A DNA stretch of 64,000 bases, taken from assembly GCF_035594765.1 (NCBI RefSeq), contig NC_085841.1:264646525-264710524 (forward strand), given 5' to 3'. Position numbers and translations under genes: made by a program. This document shows positions 23,501-35,500 of this stretch, in pieces. Position 1 is the first letter of the stretch. Each line of letters begins with the position of its first letter. The notes under the pieces were generated by a model that had not been told where the DNA came from, searched no databases, and saw only the letters and a list, made by a program, of their open reading frames with translations. This stretch comes from Anolis carolinensis (Eukaryota).

Positions 23501-26500
23501 GGGGGTTGGGGTTGTCTTTGGCGTGCTGGCCGTGGACGACTCTGTGGACACAGTGGTTTTAGTAGTTGTGGAGGGTGAGGCGGTTGGTGTTGTTCTGGTT
23601 GTGGGGCTGGGAGAAGGCTTTCTTCTGGGTGTGGGGGCTGGAAAAGAAAAGAAAGAGGGAAGAGCTTTGAAGGCTTTGCAATAAGAAAGCACGGGCGTAG
23701 CAAATTAATAATTCTAACAAAAATAATAAAGATTGAGTCTTCATTTATATACTTTGCTATCTCTGAAAAGAGATTTATAGTGGTGAACAACAAAGTCAAC
23801 AAATATTGAGAGTCAGGAAACATTCAAAAGAGAGGCAAATAAGGATACAGGGGACTTCCCTCCTGAGATAGGTCCTTACCTGGTGGGGTGTGTGTCGTGA
23901 CGGTGCTGTGGGTTGTTTCTATAAAGGAAGGGAAAAGCGGATAGAAAAGTTAGAGAAACGTAGGGGTGGCCATTAAGAAGAGCCAGGAGTGAGCCCACTG
24001 CAGTCCTGAGATGTGGGAGTCTCGGACCAGTTGGGTGAAGGCTGAGGTCCTGCCCGTGTTCCCCATTTGGGAGGAGCAGTGCAAACGGCTTTAGAGGGAG
24101 TCCAAACGTTTCCAAAAATGTCATGAGGGGAGCAGGACGGGATTCCCATCTGACGGTACTGAATGGGTTGGGAAAATTTACCTGTGGTGGTGACGGGGTG
24201 AGTTGTAGTCGAAGTGGTCGTTGTGGATGGAGGCGTGGTCGTTTCCGTGGTGGTTGGTGTAGTGGTGGTGGGAGTGGTGGTGCTTAGCGGAGTGGTATAG
24301 GTGACTGCCGGTGTTGGCGTGGAGGAGACGGGTGTGGGTGTCGTCGGTGGCATCGGAGTGACGGTTGGCAAGGGGGTGATGGGTGATATTGTGGTAGTTG
24401 GGGTGTGCGTGCTTGTTGGAGTAGATTTGGTGGAGGTCGTGGTGGGGGTGGTTGGAGTGGTAGGGTGAGAGGTCGATGTGGTGGAGGGAGATGTGGTCCT
24501 GGTGGTGGGTTTGGGTGTTGTGGGGGTTGGGGTTGTCTTTGGCGTGCTGGCCGTGGACGACTCTGTGGACACAGTGGTTTTAGTAGTTGTGGAGGGTGAG
24601 GCGGTTGGTGTTGTTCTGGTTGTGGGGCTGGGAGAAGGCTTTCTTCTGGGTGTGGGGGCTGGAAAAGAAAAGAAAGAGTGAAGAGCTTTGAAGGCTTTGC
24701 AATAAGAAAGCACGGGCGTAGCAAATTAATAATTCTAACAAAAATAATAAAGATTGAGTCTTCATTTATATACTTTGTTATCTCCGAAAAGAGATTTATG
24801 GTGGTGAACAACAAAGTCAACAAATATTGAGAGTCAGGAAACATTCAAAAGAGAGGCAAATAAGGATACAGGGGACTTCCCTCCTGAGATAGGTCCTTAC
24901 CTGGTGGGGTGTGTGTCGTGACAGTGCTGTGGGTTGTTTCTATAAAGAAAGGGAAAAGCGGATAGAAAAGTTAGAGAAACGTAGGGGTGGCCATTAAGAA
25001 GAGCCAGGAGTGAGCCCACTGCAGTCCTGAGATGTGGGAGTCTCAGACCAGTTGGGTGAAGGCTGAGGTCCTGCCCGTGTTCCCCATTTGGGAGGAGCAG
25101 TGCAAACGGCTTTAGAGGGAGTCCAAACGTTTCCAAAAATGTCATGAGGGGAGCAGGACGGGATTCCCATCTGACGGTACTGAATGGGTTGGGAAAACTT
25201 ACCTGTGGTGGTGACGGGGTGAGTTGTAGTCGACGTGGTCGTTGTGGATGGAGGCGTGGTCGTTTCCGTGGTGGTTGGTGTAGTGGTGGTGGGAGTGGTG
25301 GTGCTTAGCGGAGTGGTATAGGTGACTGTCGGCGTTGGCGTGGAGGAGACGGGTGTGGGTGTCGTCGGTGGCATCGGAGTGACGGTTGGCAAGGGGGTGA
25401 TGGGTGATATTGTGGTAGTTGGGGTGTGCTTGCTTGTTGGAGTAGATTTGGTGGAGGTTGTGGTGGGGGTGGTTGGAGTGGTAGGGTGAGAGGTCGATGT
25501 GGTGGAGGGAGATGTGGTCCTGGTGGTGGGTTTGGGTGTTGTGGGGGTTGGGGTTGTCTTTGGCGTGCTGGCCGTGGACGACTCTGTGGACACAGTGGTT
25601 TTAGTAGTTGTGGAGGGTGAGGCGGTTGGTGTTGTTCTGGTTGTGGGGCTGGGAGAAGGCTTTGTTCTGGGTGTGGGGGCTGGAAAAGAAAAGAAAGAGG
25701 GAAGAGCTTTGAAGGCTTTGCAAAAAGAAAGCATGGGCGTAGCAAATTAATAATTCTAACAAAAATAATAAAGATTGAGTCTTCATTTATATACTTTGTT
25801 ATCTCCGAAAAGAGATTTATGGTGGTGAACAACAAAGTCAACAAATATTGAGAGTCAGGAAACATTCAAAAGAGAGGCAAATAAGGATACAGGGGACTTC
25901 CCTCCTGAGATAGGTCCTTACCTGGTGGGGTGTGTGTCGTGACGGTGCTGTGGGTTGTTTCTATAAAGGAAGGGGAAAGCGGATAGAAAAGTTAGAGAAA
26001 CGTAGGGGTGGCCATTAAGAAGAGCCAGGAGTGAGCCCACTGCAGTCCTGAGATGTGGGAGTCTCAGACCAGTTGGGTGAAGGCTGAGGTTCTGCCCGTG
26101 TTCCCCATTTGGGAGGAGCAGAGCACACGGCTTTAGAGGGAGTCCAAACGTTTCCAAAAATGTCATGAGGGGAGCAGGACGGGATTCCCATCTGATGGTA
26201 CTGAATGGGTTGGGAAAACTTACCTGTGGTGGTGACGGGGTGAGTTGTAGTCGAAGTGGTCGTTGTGGATGGAGGCGTGGTCGTTTCCGTGGTGGTTGGT
26301 GTAGTGGTGGTGGGAGTGGTGGTGCTTAGCGGAGTAGTATAGGTGACTGTCGGCGTTGGCGTGGAGGAGACGGGTGTGGGTGTCGTCGGTGGCATCGGAG
26401 TGACGGTTGGCAAAGGGGTGATGGGCGATATTGTGGTAGTTGGGGTGTGCGTGCTTGTTGGAGTAGATTTGGTGGAGGTTGTGGTGGGGGTGGTTGGAGT

Positions 26501-29500
26501 GGTAGGGTGAGAGGTCGATGTGGTGGAGGGAGATGTGGTCCTGGTGGTGGGTTTGGGTGTTGTGGGGGTTGGGGTTGTCTTTGGCGTGCTGGCCGTGGAC
26601 GACTCTGTGGACACAGTGGTTTTAGTAGTTGTGGAGGGTGAGGCGGTTGGTGTTGTTCTGGTTGTGGGGCTGGGAGAAGGCTTTCTTCTGGGTGTGGGGG
26701 CTGGAAAAGAAAAGAAAGAGGGAAGAGCTTTGAAGGCTTTGCGATAAGAAAGCACGGGCATAGCAAATTAATAATTCTAACAAAAATAATAAAGAATGAA
26801 ACTTCATTTATATACTTTGTTATCTCTGAAAAGAGATTTATGGTGGTGAAAAACAAAGTCAACAAATATTGAGAGTCAGGAAACATTCAAAAGAGAGACA
26901 AATAAGGATACAGGGGACTTCCCTCCTGAGATAGGTCCTTACCTGGTGGGGTGTGTGTCGTGACGGTACTGTGGGTTGTTTCTATAAAGGAAGGAAAAAG
27001 CGGATAGAAAAGTTAGAGAAACGTAGGGGTGGCCATTAAGAAGAGCCAGGAGTGAGCCCACTGCAGTCCTGAGATGTGGGAGTCTCAGACCAGTTGGGTG
27101 AAGGCTGAGGTTCTGCCCGTGTTCCCCATTTGGGAGGAGCAGTGCAAACGGCTTTAGAGGGAGTCCAAACGTTTCCAAAAATGTCATGAGGGGAGCAGGA
27201 CGGGATTCCCATCTGATGGTACTGAATGGGTTGGGAAAACTTACCTGTGGTGGTGACGGGGTGAGTTGTAGTCGAAGTGGTCGTTGTGGATGGAGGCGTG
27301 GTCGTTTCCGTGGTGGTTGGTGTAGTGGTGGTGGGAGTGGTGGTGCTTAGCGGAGTAGTATAGGTGACTGTCGGCGTTGGCGTGGAGGAGACGGGTGTGG
27401 GTGTCGTCGGTGGCATCGGAGTGACGGTTGGCAAAGGGGTGATGGGCGATATTGTGGTAGTTGGGGTGTGCGTGCTTGTTGGAGTAGATTTGGTGGAGGT
27501 TGTGGTGGGGGTGGTTGGAGTGGTAGGGTGAGAGGTCGATGTGGTGGAGGGAGATGTGGTCCTGGTGGTGGGTTTGGGTGTTGTGGGGGTTGGGGTTGTC
27601 TTTGGCGTGCTGGCCGTGGACGACTCTGTGGACACAGTGGTTTTAGTAGTTGTGGAGGGTGAGGCGGTTGGTGTTGTTCTGGTTGTGGCGCTGGGAGAAG
27701 GCTTTCTTCTGGGTGTGGGGGCTGGAAAAGAAAAGAAAGAGGGAAGAGCTTTGAAGGCTTTGCGATAAGAAAGCACGGGCATAGCAAATTAATAATTCTA
27801 ACAAAAATAATAAAGAATGAAACTTCATTTATATACTTTGTTATCTCTGAAAAGAGATTTATGGTGGTGAAAAACAAAGTCAACAAATATTGAGAGTCAG
27901 GAAACATTCAAAAGAGAGACAAATAAGGATACAGGGGACTTCCCTCCTGAGATAGGTCCTTACCTGGTGGGGTGTGTGTCGTGACGGTACTGTGGGTTGT
28001 TTCTATAAAGGAAGGAAAAAGCGGATAGAAAAGTTAGAGAAACGTAGGGGTGGCCATTAAGAAGAGCCAGGAGTGAGCCCACTGCAGTCCTGAGATGTGG
28101 GAGTCTCAGACCAGTTGGGTGAAGGCTGAGGTCCTGCCCGTGTTCCCCAATTGGGAGGAGCAGTGCACACGGCTTTAGAGGGAGTCCAAACGTTTCCAAA
28201 AAATGTCATGAGGGGAGCAGGACGGGATTCCCATCTGACGGTACTGAATGGGTTGGGAAAACTTACCTGTGGTGGTGACGGGGTGAGTTGTAGTCGAAGT
28301 GGTCGTTGTGGATGGAGGCGTGGTCGTTTCCGTGGTGGTTGGTGTAGTGGTGGTGGGAGTGGTGGTGCTTAGCGGAGTGGTATAGGTGACTGTCGGCGTT
28401 GCCGTGGAGGAGACGGGTGTGGGTGTCGTCAATGGCATAGGAGTGACGGTTGGCAAGGGGGTGATGGGCGATATTGTGGTAATTGGGGTGTGCGTGCTTG
28501 TTGGAGTAGATTTGGTGGAGGTTGTGGTGGGGGTGGTTGGAGTGGTAGGGTGAGAGGTCGATGTGGTGGAGGGAGATGTGGTCCTGGTGGTGGGTTTGGG
28601 TGTTGTGGGGGTTGGGGTTGTCTTTGGCGTGCTGGCCGTGGACGACTCTGTGGACACAGTGGTTTTAGTAGTTGTGGAGGGTGAGGCGGTTGGTGTTGTT
28701 CTGGTTGTGGGGCTGGGAGAAGGCTTTGTTCTGGGTGTGGGGGCTGGAAAAGAAAAGAAAGAGGGAAGAGCTTTGAAGGCTTTGCAATAAGAAAGCACGG
28801 GCATAGCAAATTAATAATTCTAACAAAAATAATAAAGATTGAGTCTTCATTTATATACTTTGTTATCTCCGAAAAGAGATTTATGGTGGTGAACAATAAA
28901 GTCAACAAATATTGAGAGTCAGGAAACATTCAAAAGAGAGGCAAATAAGGATACAGGGGACTTCCCTCCTGAGATAGGTCCTTACCTGGTGGGGTGTGTG
29001 TAGTGACGGTGCTGTGGGTTGTTTCTATAAAGGAAGGGGAAAGCGGATAGAAAAGTTAGAGAAACGTAGGGGTGGCCATTAAGAAGAGCCAGGAGTGAGC
29101 CCACTGCAGTCCTGAGATGTGGGAGTCTCAGACCAGTTGGGTGAAGGCTGAGGTCCTGCCCGTGTTCCCCATTTGGGAGGAGCAGTGCAAACGGCTTAAG
29201 AGGGAGTCCAAACGTTTCCAAAAATGTCATGAGGGGAGCAGGACGGGATTCCCATCTGACGGTACTGAATGGGTTGGGAAAACTTACCTGTGGTGGTGAC
29301 GGGGTGAGTTGTGGTCGAAGTGGTCGTTGTGGATGGAGGCGTGGTCGTTTCCGTGGTGGTTGGTGTAGTGGTGGTGGGAGTGGAGGTGCTTAGCGGAGTG
29401 GTATAGGTGACTGTCGGCGTTGGCGTGGAGGAGACGGGTGTGGGTGTCGTCGGTGGCATCGGAGTGACGGTTGGCAAGGGGGTGATGGGCGATATTGTGG

Positions 29501-32500
29501 TAGTTGGGGTGTGCGTACTTGTTGGAGTAGATTTGGTGGAGGTTGTGGTAGGGGTGGTTGGAGTGGTAGGGTGAGAGGTCGATGTGGTGGAGGGAGATGT
29601 GGTCCTGGTGGTGGGTTTGGGTGTTGTGGGGGTTGGGGTTGTCTTTGGCGTGCTGGCCGTGGACGACTCTGTGGACACAGTGGTTTTAGTAGTTGTGGAG
29701 GGTGAGGCGGTTGGTGTTGTTCTGGTTGTGGGGCTGGGAGAAGGCTTTGTTCTGGGTGTGGGGGCTGGAAAAGAAAAGAAAGAGGGAAGAGCTTTGAAGG
29801 CTTTGCAATAAGAAAGCACGGGCATAGCAAATTAATAATTCTAACAAAAACAATAAAGATTGAGTCTTCATTTATATACTTTGTTATCTCCGAAAAGGGA
29901 TTTATGGTGGTGAACAACAAAGTCAACAAATATTGAGAATAAGGAAACATTCAAAAGAGAGGCAAATAAGGATACAGGGGACTTCCCTCCTGAGATAGGT
30001 CCTTACCTGGTGGGGTGTGTGTAGTGACGGTGCTGTGGGTTGTTTCTATAAAGGAAGGGGAAAGCGGATAGAAAAGTTAGAGAAACATAGGGGTGGCCAT
30101 TAAGAAGAGCCAGGAGTGAGCCCACTGCAGTCCTGAGATGTGGGAGTCTCAGACCAGTTGGGTGAAGGCTGAGGTCCTGCCCGTGTTCCCCATTTGGGAG
30201 GAGCAGTGCAAACGGCTTAAGAGGGAGTCCAAACAATTCCAAAAATGTCATGAGGGGAGCAGGACGGGATTCCCATCTGACGGTACTGAATGGGTTGGGA
30301 AAACTTACCTGTGGTGGTGACGGGGTGAGTTGTAGTCGAAGTGGTCGTTGTGGATGGAGGCGTGGTTGTTTCCGTGGTGGTTGGTGTAGTGGTGGTGGGA
30401 GTGGAGGTGCTTAGCGGAGTGGTATAGGTGACTGTCGGCGTTGGCGTGGAGGAGACGGGTGTGGGTGTCGTCGGTGGCATCGGAGTGACGGTTGGCAAGG
30501 GGGTGATGGGCGATATTGTGGTAGTTGGGGTGTGCGTGCTTGTTGGAGTAGATTTGGTGGAGGTTGTGGTGGGGGTGGTTGGAGTGGTAGGGTGAGAGGT
30601 CGATGTGGTGGAGGGAGATGTGGTCCTGGTGGTGGGTTTGGGTGTTGTGGGGGTTGGGGTTGTCTTTGCCGTGCTGGCCGTGGACGACTCTGTGGACACA
30701 GTGGTTTTAGTAGTTGTGGAGGGTGAGGCGGTTGGTGTTGTTCTGGTTGTGGGGCTGGGAGAAGGCTTTGTTCTGGGTGTGGGGGCTGGAAAAGAAAAGA
30801 AAGAGGGAAGAGCTTTGAAGGCTTTGCAATAAGAAAGCACGGGCATAGCAAATTAATAATTCTAACAAAAACAATAAAGATTGAGTCTTCATTTATATAC
30901 TTTGTTATCTCCGAAAAGGGATTTATGGTGGTGAACAACAAAGTCAACAAATATTGAGAATCAGGAAACATTCAAAAGAGAGGCAAATAAGGATACAGGG
31001 GACTTCCCTCCTGAGATAGGTCCTTACCTGGTGTGGTGTGTGTCGTGACGGTGCTGTGGGTTGTTTCTATAAAGGAAGGGAAAAGCGGATAGAAAAGTTA
31101 GAGAAACGTAGGGGTGGCCATTAAGAAGAGCCAGGAGTGAGCCCACTGCAGTCCTGAGATGTGGGATTCTCAGACCAGTTGGGTGAAGGCTGAGGTCCTG
31201 CCCGTGTTCCCCATTTGGGAGGAGCAGTGCAAACGGCTTTAGAGGGAGTCCAAACGTTTCCAAAAATGTCATTAGGGGAGCAGGACGGGATTCCCATCTG
31301 ATGGTACTGAATGGGTTGGGAAAACGTACCTGTGGTGGTGACGGGGTGAGTTGTAGTCGAAGTGGTCATTGTGGATGGAGGCGTGGTCGTTTCCGTGGTG
31401 GTTGGTGTAGTGGTGGTGGGAGTGGTGGCGCTTCGCGGAGTAGTATAGGTGACTGTCGGCGTTGGCGTGGAGGAGACGGGTGTGGGTGTCGTCGGTGGCA
31501 TCGGAGTGACGGTTGGCAAGGGGGTGATGGGCGATATTGTGGTAGTTGGAGTGTGCGTGCTTGTTGGAGTAGATTTGGTGGAGGTTGTGATGGGGGTGGT
31601 TGGAGTGGTAGGGTGAGAGGTCGATGTGGTGGAGGGAGATGTGGTCTTGGTGGTGGGTTTGGGTGTTGTGGGGGTTGGGGTTGTCTTTGGCGTGCTGGCC
31701 GTGGACGACTCTGTGGACACAGTGGTTTTAGTAGTTGTGGAGGGTGAGGCGGTTGGTGTTGTTCTGGTTGTGGGGCTGGGAGAAGGCTTTGTTCTGGGTG
31801 TGGGGGCTGGAAAAGAAAAGAATGAGGGAAGAGCTTTGAAGGCTTTGCAATAAGAAAGCACGGGCATAGCAAATTAATAATTCTAACAAAAATAATAAAG
31901 ATTGAGTCTTCATTTATATACTTTGTTATCTCCGAAAAGGGATTTATGGTGGTGAACAACAAAGTCAACAAATATTGAGAATCAGGAAACATTCAAAAGA
32001 GAGGCAAATAAGGATACAGGGGACTTCCCTCCTGAGATAGGTCCTTACCTGGTGGGGTGTGTGTCGTGACGGTACTGTGGGTTGTTTCTATAAAGGAAGG
32101 AAAAAGCGGATAGAAAAGTTAGAGAAACGTAGGGGTGGCCATTAAGAAGAGCCAGGAGTGAGCCCACTGCAGTCCTGAGATGTGGGAGTCTCAGACCAGT
32201 TGGGTGAAGGCTGAAGTCCTGCCCGTGTTCCCCATTTGGGAGGAGCAGTGCACACGGCTTTAGAGGGAGTCCAAACGTTTCCAAAAATGTCATGAGGGGA
32301 GCAGGACGGGATTCCCATCTGACGGTACTGAATGGGTTGGGAAAACTTACCTGTGGTGGTGACGGGGTGAGTTGTAGTCGAAGTGGTCGTTGTGGATGGA
32401 GGCGTGGTCGTTTCCGTGGTGGTTGGTGTAGTGGTGGTGGGAGTGGTGGTGCTTAGCGGAGTGGTATAGGTGACTGTAGGCGTTGCCGTGGAGGAGACGG

Positions 32501-35500
32501 GTGTGGGTGTCGTCGGTGGCATCGGAGTGACGGTTGGCAAGGGGGTGATGGGCGATATTGTGGTAGTTGGGGTGTGCGTGCTTGTTGGAGTAGATTTGGT
32601 GGAGGTTGTGGTGGGGGTGGTTGGAGTGGTAGGGTGAGAGGTCGATGTGGTGGAGGGAGATGTGGTCCTGGTGGTGGGTTTGGGTGTTGTGGGGGTTGGG
32701 GTTGTCTTTGGCGTGCTGGCCGTGGACGACTCTGTGGACACAGTGGTTTTAGTAGTTGTGGAGGGTGAGGCGGTTGGTGTTGTTCTGGTTGTGGGGCTGG
32801 GAGAAGGCTTTGTTCTGGGTGTGGGGGCTGGAAAAGAAAAGAAAGAGGGAAGAGCTTTGAAGGCTTTGCAATAAGAAAGCACGGGCATAGCAAATTAATA
32901 ATTCTAACAAAAACAATAAAGATTGAGTCTTCATTTATATACTTTGTTATCTCCGAAAAGGGATTTATGGTGGTGAACAACAAAGTCAACAAATATTGAG
33001 AATCAGGAAACATTCAAAAGAGAGGCAAATAAGGATACAGAGGACTTCCCTCCTGAGATAGGTCCTTACCTGGTGTGGTGTGTGTCGTGACGGTGCTGTG
33101 GGTTGTTTCTATAAAGGAAGGGAAAAGCGGATAGAAAAGTTAGAGAAACGTAGGGGTGGCCATTAAGAAGAGCCAGGAGTGAGCCCACTGCAGTCCTGAG
33201 ATGTGGGAGTCTCAGACCAGTTGGGTGAAGGCTGAGGTCCTGCCCGTGTTCCCCATTTGGGAGGAGCAGTGCAAACGGCTTTAGAGGGAGTCCAAACGTT
33301 TCCAAAAATGTCATTAGGGGAGCAGGACGGGATTCCCATCTGATGGTACTGAATGGGTTGGGAAAACGTACCTGTGGTGGTGACGGGGTGAGTTGTAGTC
33401 GAAGTGGTCATTGTGGATGGAGGCGTGGTCGTTTCTGTGGTGGTTGGTGTAGTGGTGGTGGGAGTGGTGGCGCTTCGCGGAGTAGTATAGGTGACTGTCG
33501 GCGTTGGCGTGGAGGAGACGGGTGTGGGTGTCGTCGGTGGCATCGGAGTGACGGTTGGCAAGGGGGTGATGGGCGATATTGTGGTAGTTGGAGTGTGCGT
33601 GCTTGTTGGAGTAGATTTGGTGGAGGTTGTGATGGGGGTGGTTGGAGTGGTAGGGTGAGAGGTCGATGTGGTGGAGGGAGATGTGGTCTTGGTGGTGGGT
33701 TTGGGTGTTGTGGGGGTTGGGGTTGTCTTTGGCGTGCTGGCCGTGGACGACTCTGTGGACACAGTGGTTTTAGTAGTTGTGGAGGGTGAGGCGGTTGGTG
33801 TTGTTCTGGTTGTGGGGCTGGGAGAAGGCTTTGTTCTGGGTGTGGGGGCTGGAAAAGAAAAGAATGAGGGAAGAGCTTTGAAGGCTTTGCAATAAGAAAG
33901 CACGGGCATAGCAAATTAATAATTCTAACAAAAATAATAAAGATTGAGTCTTCATTTATATACTTTGTTATCTCCGAAAAGAGATTTATGGTGGTGAACA
34001 ACAAAGTCAACAAATATTGAGAATCAGGAAACATTCAAAAGAGAGGCAAATAAGGATACAGGGGACTTCCCTCCTGAGATAGGTCCTTACCTGGTGGGGT
34101 GTGTGTCGTGACGGTACTGTGGGTTGTTTCTATAAAGGAAGGAAAAAGCGGATAGAAAAGTTAGAGAAACGTAGGGGTGGCCATTAAGAAGAGCCAGGAG
34201 TGAGCCCACTGCAGTCCTGAGATGTGGGAGTCTCAGACCAGTTGGGTGAAGGCTGAAGTCCTGCCAGTGTTCCCCATTTGGGAGGAGCAGTGCACACGGC
34301 TTTAGAGGGAGTCCAAACGTTTCCAAAAATGTCATGAGGGGAGCAGGACGGGATTCCCATCTGACGGTACTGAATGGGTTGGGAAAACTTACCTGTGGTG
34401 GTGACGGGGTGAGTTGTAGTCGAAGTGGTCGTTGTGGATGGAGGCGTGGTCGTTTCCGTGGTGGTTGGTGTAGTGGTGGTGGGAGTGGTGGTGCTTAGCG
34501 GAGTGGTATAGGTGACTGTAGGCGTTGCCGTGGAGGAGACGGGTGTGGGTGTCGTCGGTGGCATCGGAGTGACGGTTGGCAAGGGGGTGATGGGCGATAT
34601 TGTGGTAGTTGGGGTGTGCGTGCTTGTTGGAGTAGATTTGGTGGAGGTTGTGGTGGGGGTGGTTGGAGTGGTAGGGTGAGAGGTCGATGTGGTGGAGGGA
34701 GATGTGGTCCTGGTGGTGGGTTTGGGTGTTGTGGGGGTTGGGGTTGTCTTTGGCGTGCTGGCCGTGGACGACTCTGTGGACACAGTGGTTTTAGTAGTTG
34801 TGGAGGGTGAGGCGGTTGGTGTTGTTCTGGTTGTGGGGCTGGGAGAAGGCTTTGTTCTGGGTGTGGGGGCTGGAAAAGAAAAGAAAGAGGGAAGAGCTTT
34901 GAAGGCTTTGCAATAAGAAAGCACGGGCATAGCAAATTAATAATTCTAACAAAAACAATAAAGATTGAGTCTTCATTTATATACTTTGTTATCTCCGAAA
35001 AGGGATTTATGGTGGTGAACAACAAAGTCAACAAATATTGAGAATCAGGAAACATTCAAAAGAGAGGCAAATAAGGATACAGAGGACTTCCCTCCTGAGA
35101 TAGGTCCTTACCTGGTGTGGTGTGTGTCGTGACGGTGCTGTGGGTTGTTTCTATAAAGGAAGGGAAAAGCGGATAGAAAAGTTAGAGAAACGTAGGGGTG
35201 GCCATTAAGAAGAGCCAGGAGTGAGCCCACTGCAGTCCTGAGATGTGGGAGTCTCAGACCAGTTGGGTGAAGGCTGAGGTCCTGCCCGTGTTCCCCATTT
35301 GGGAGGAGCAGTGCAAACGGCTTTAGAGGGAGTCCAAACGTTTCCAAAAATGTCATTAGGGGAGCAGGACGGGATTCCCATCTGATGGTACTGAATGGGT
35401 TGGGAAAACTTACCTGTGGTGGTGACGGGGTGAGTTGTAGTCGAAGTGGTCATTGTGGATGGAGGCGTGGTCGTTTCTGTGGTGGTTGGTGTAGTGGTGG

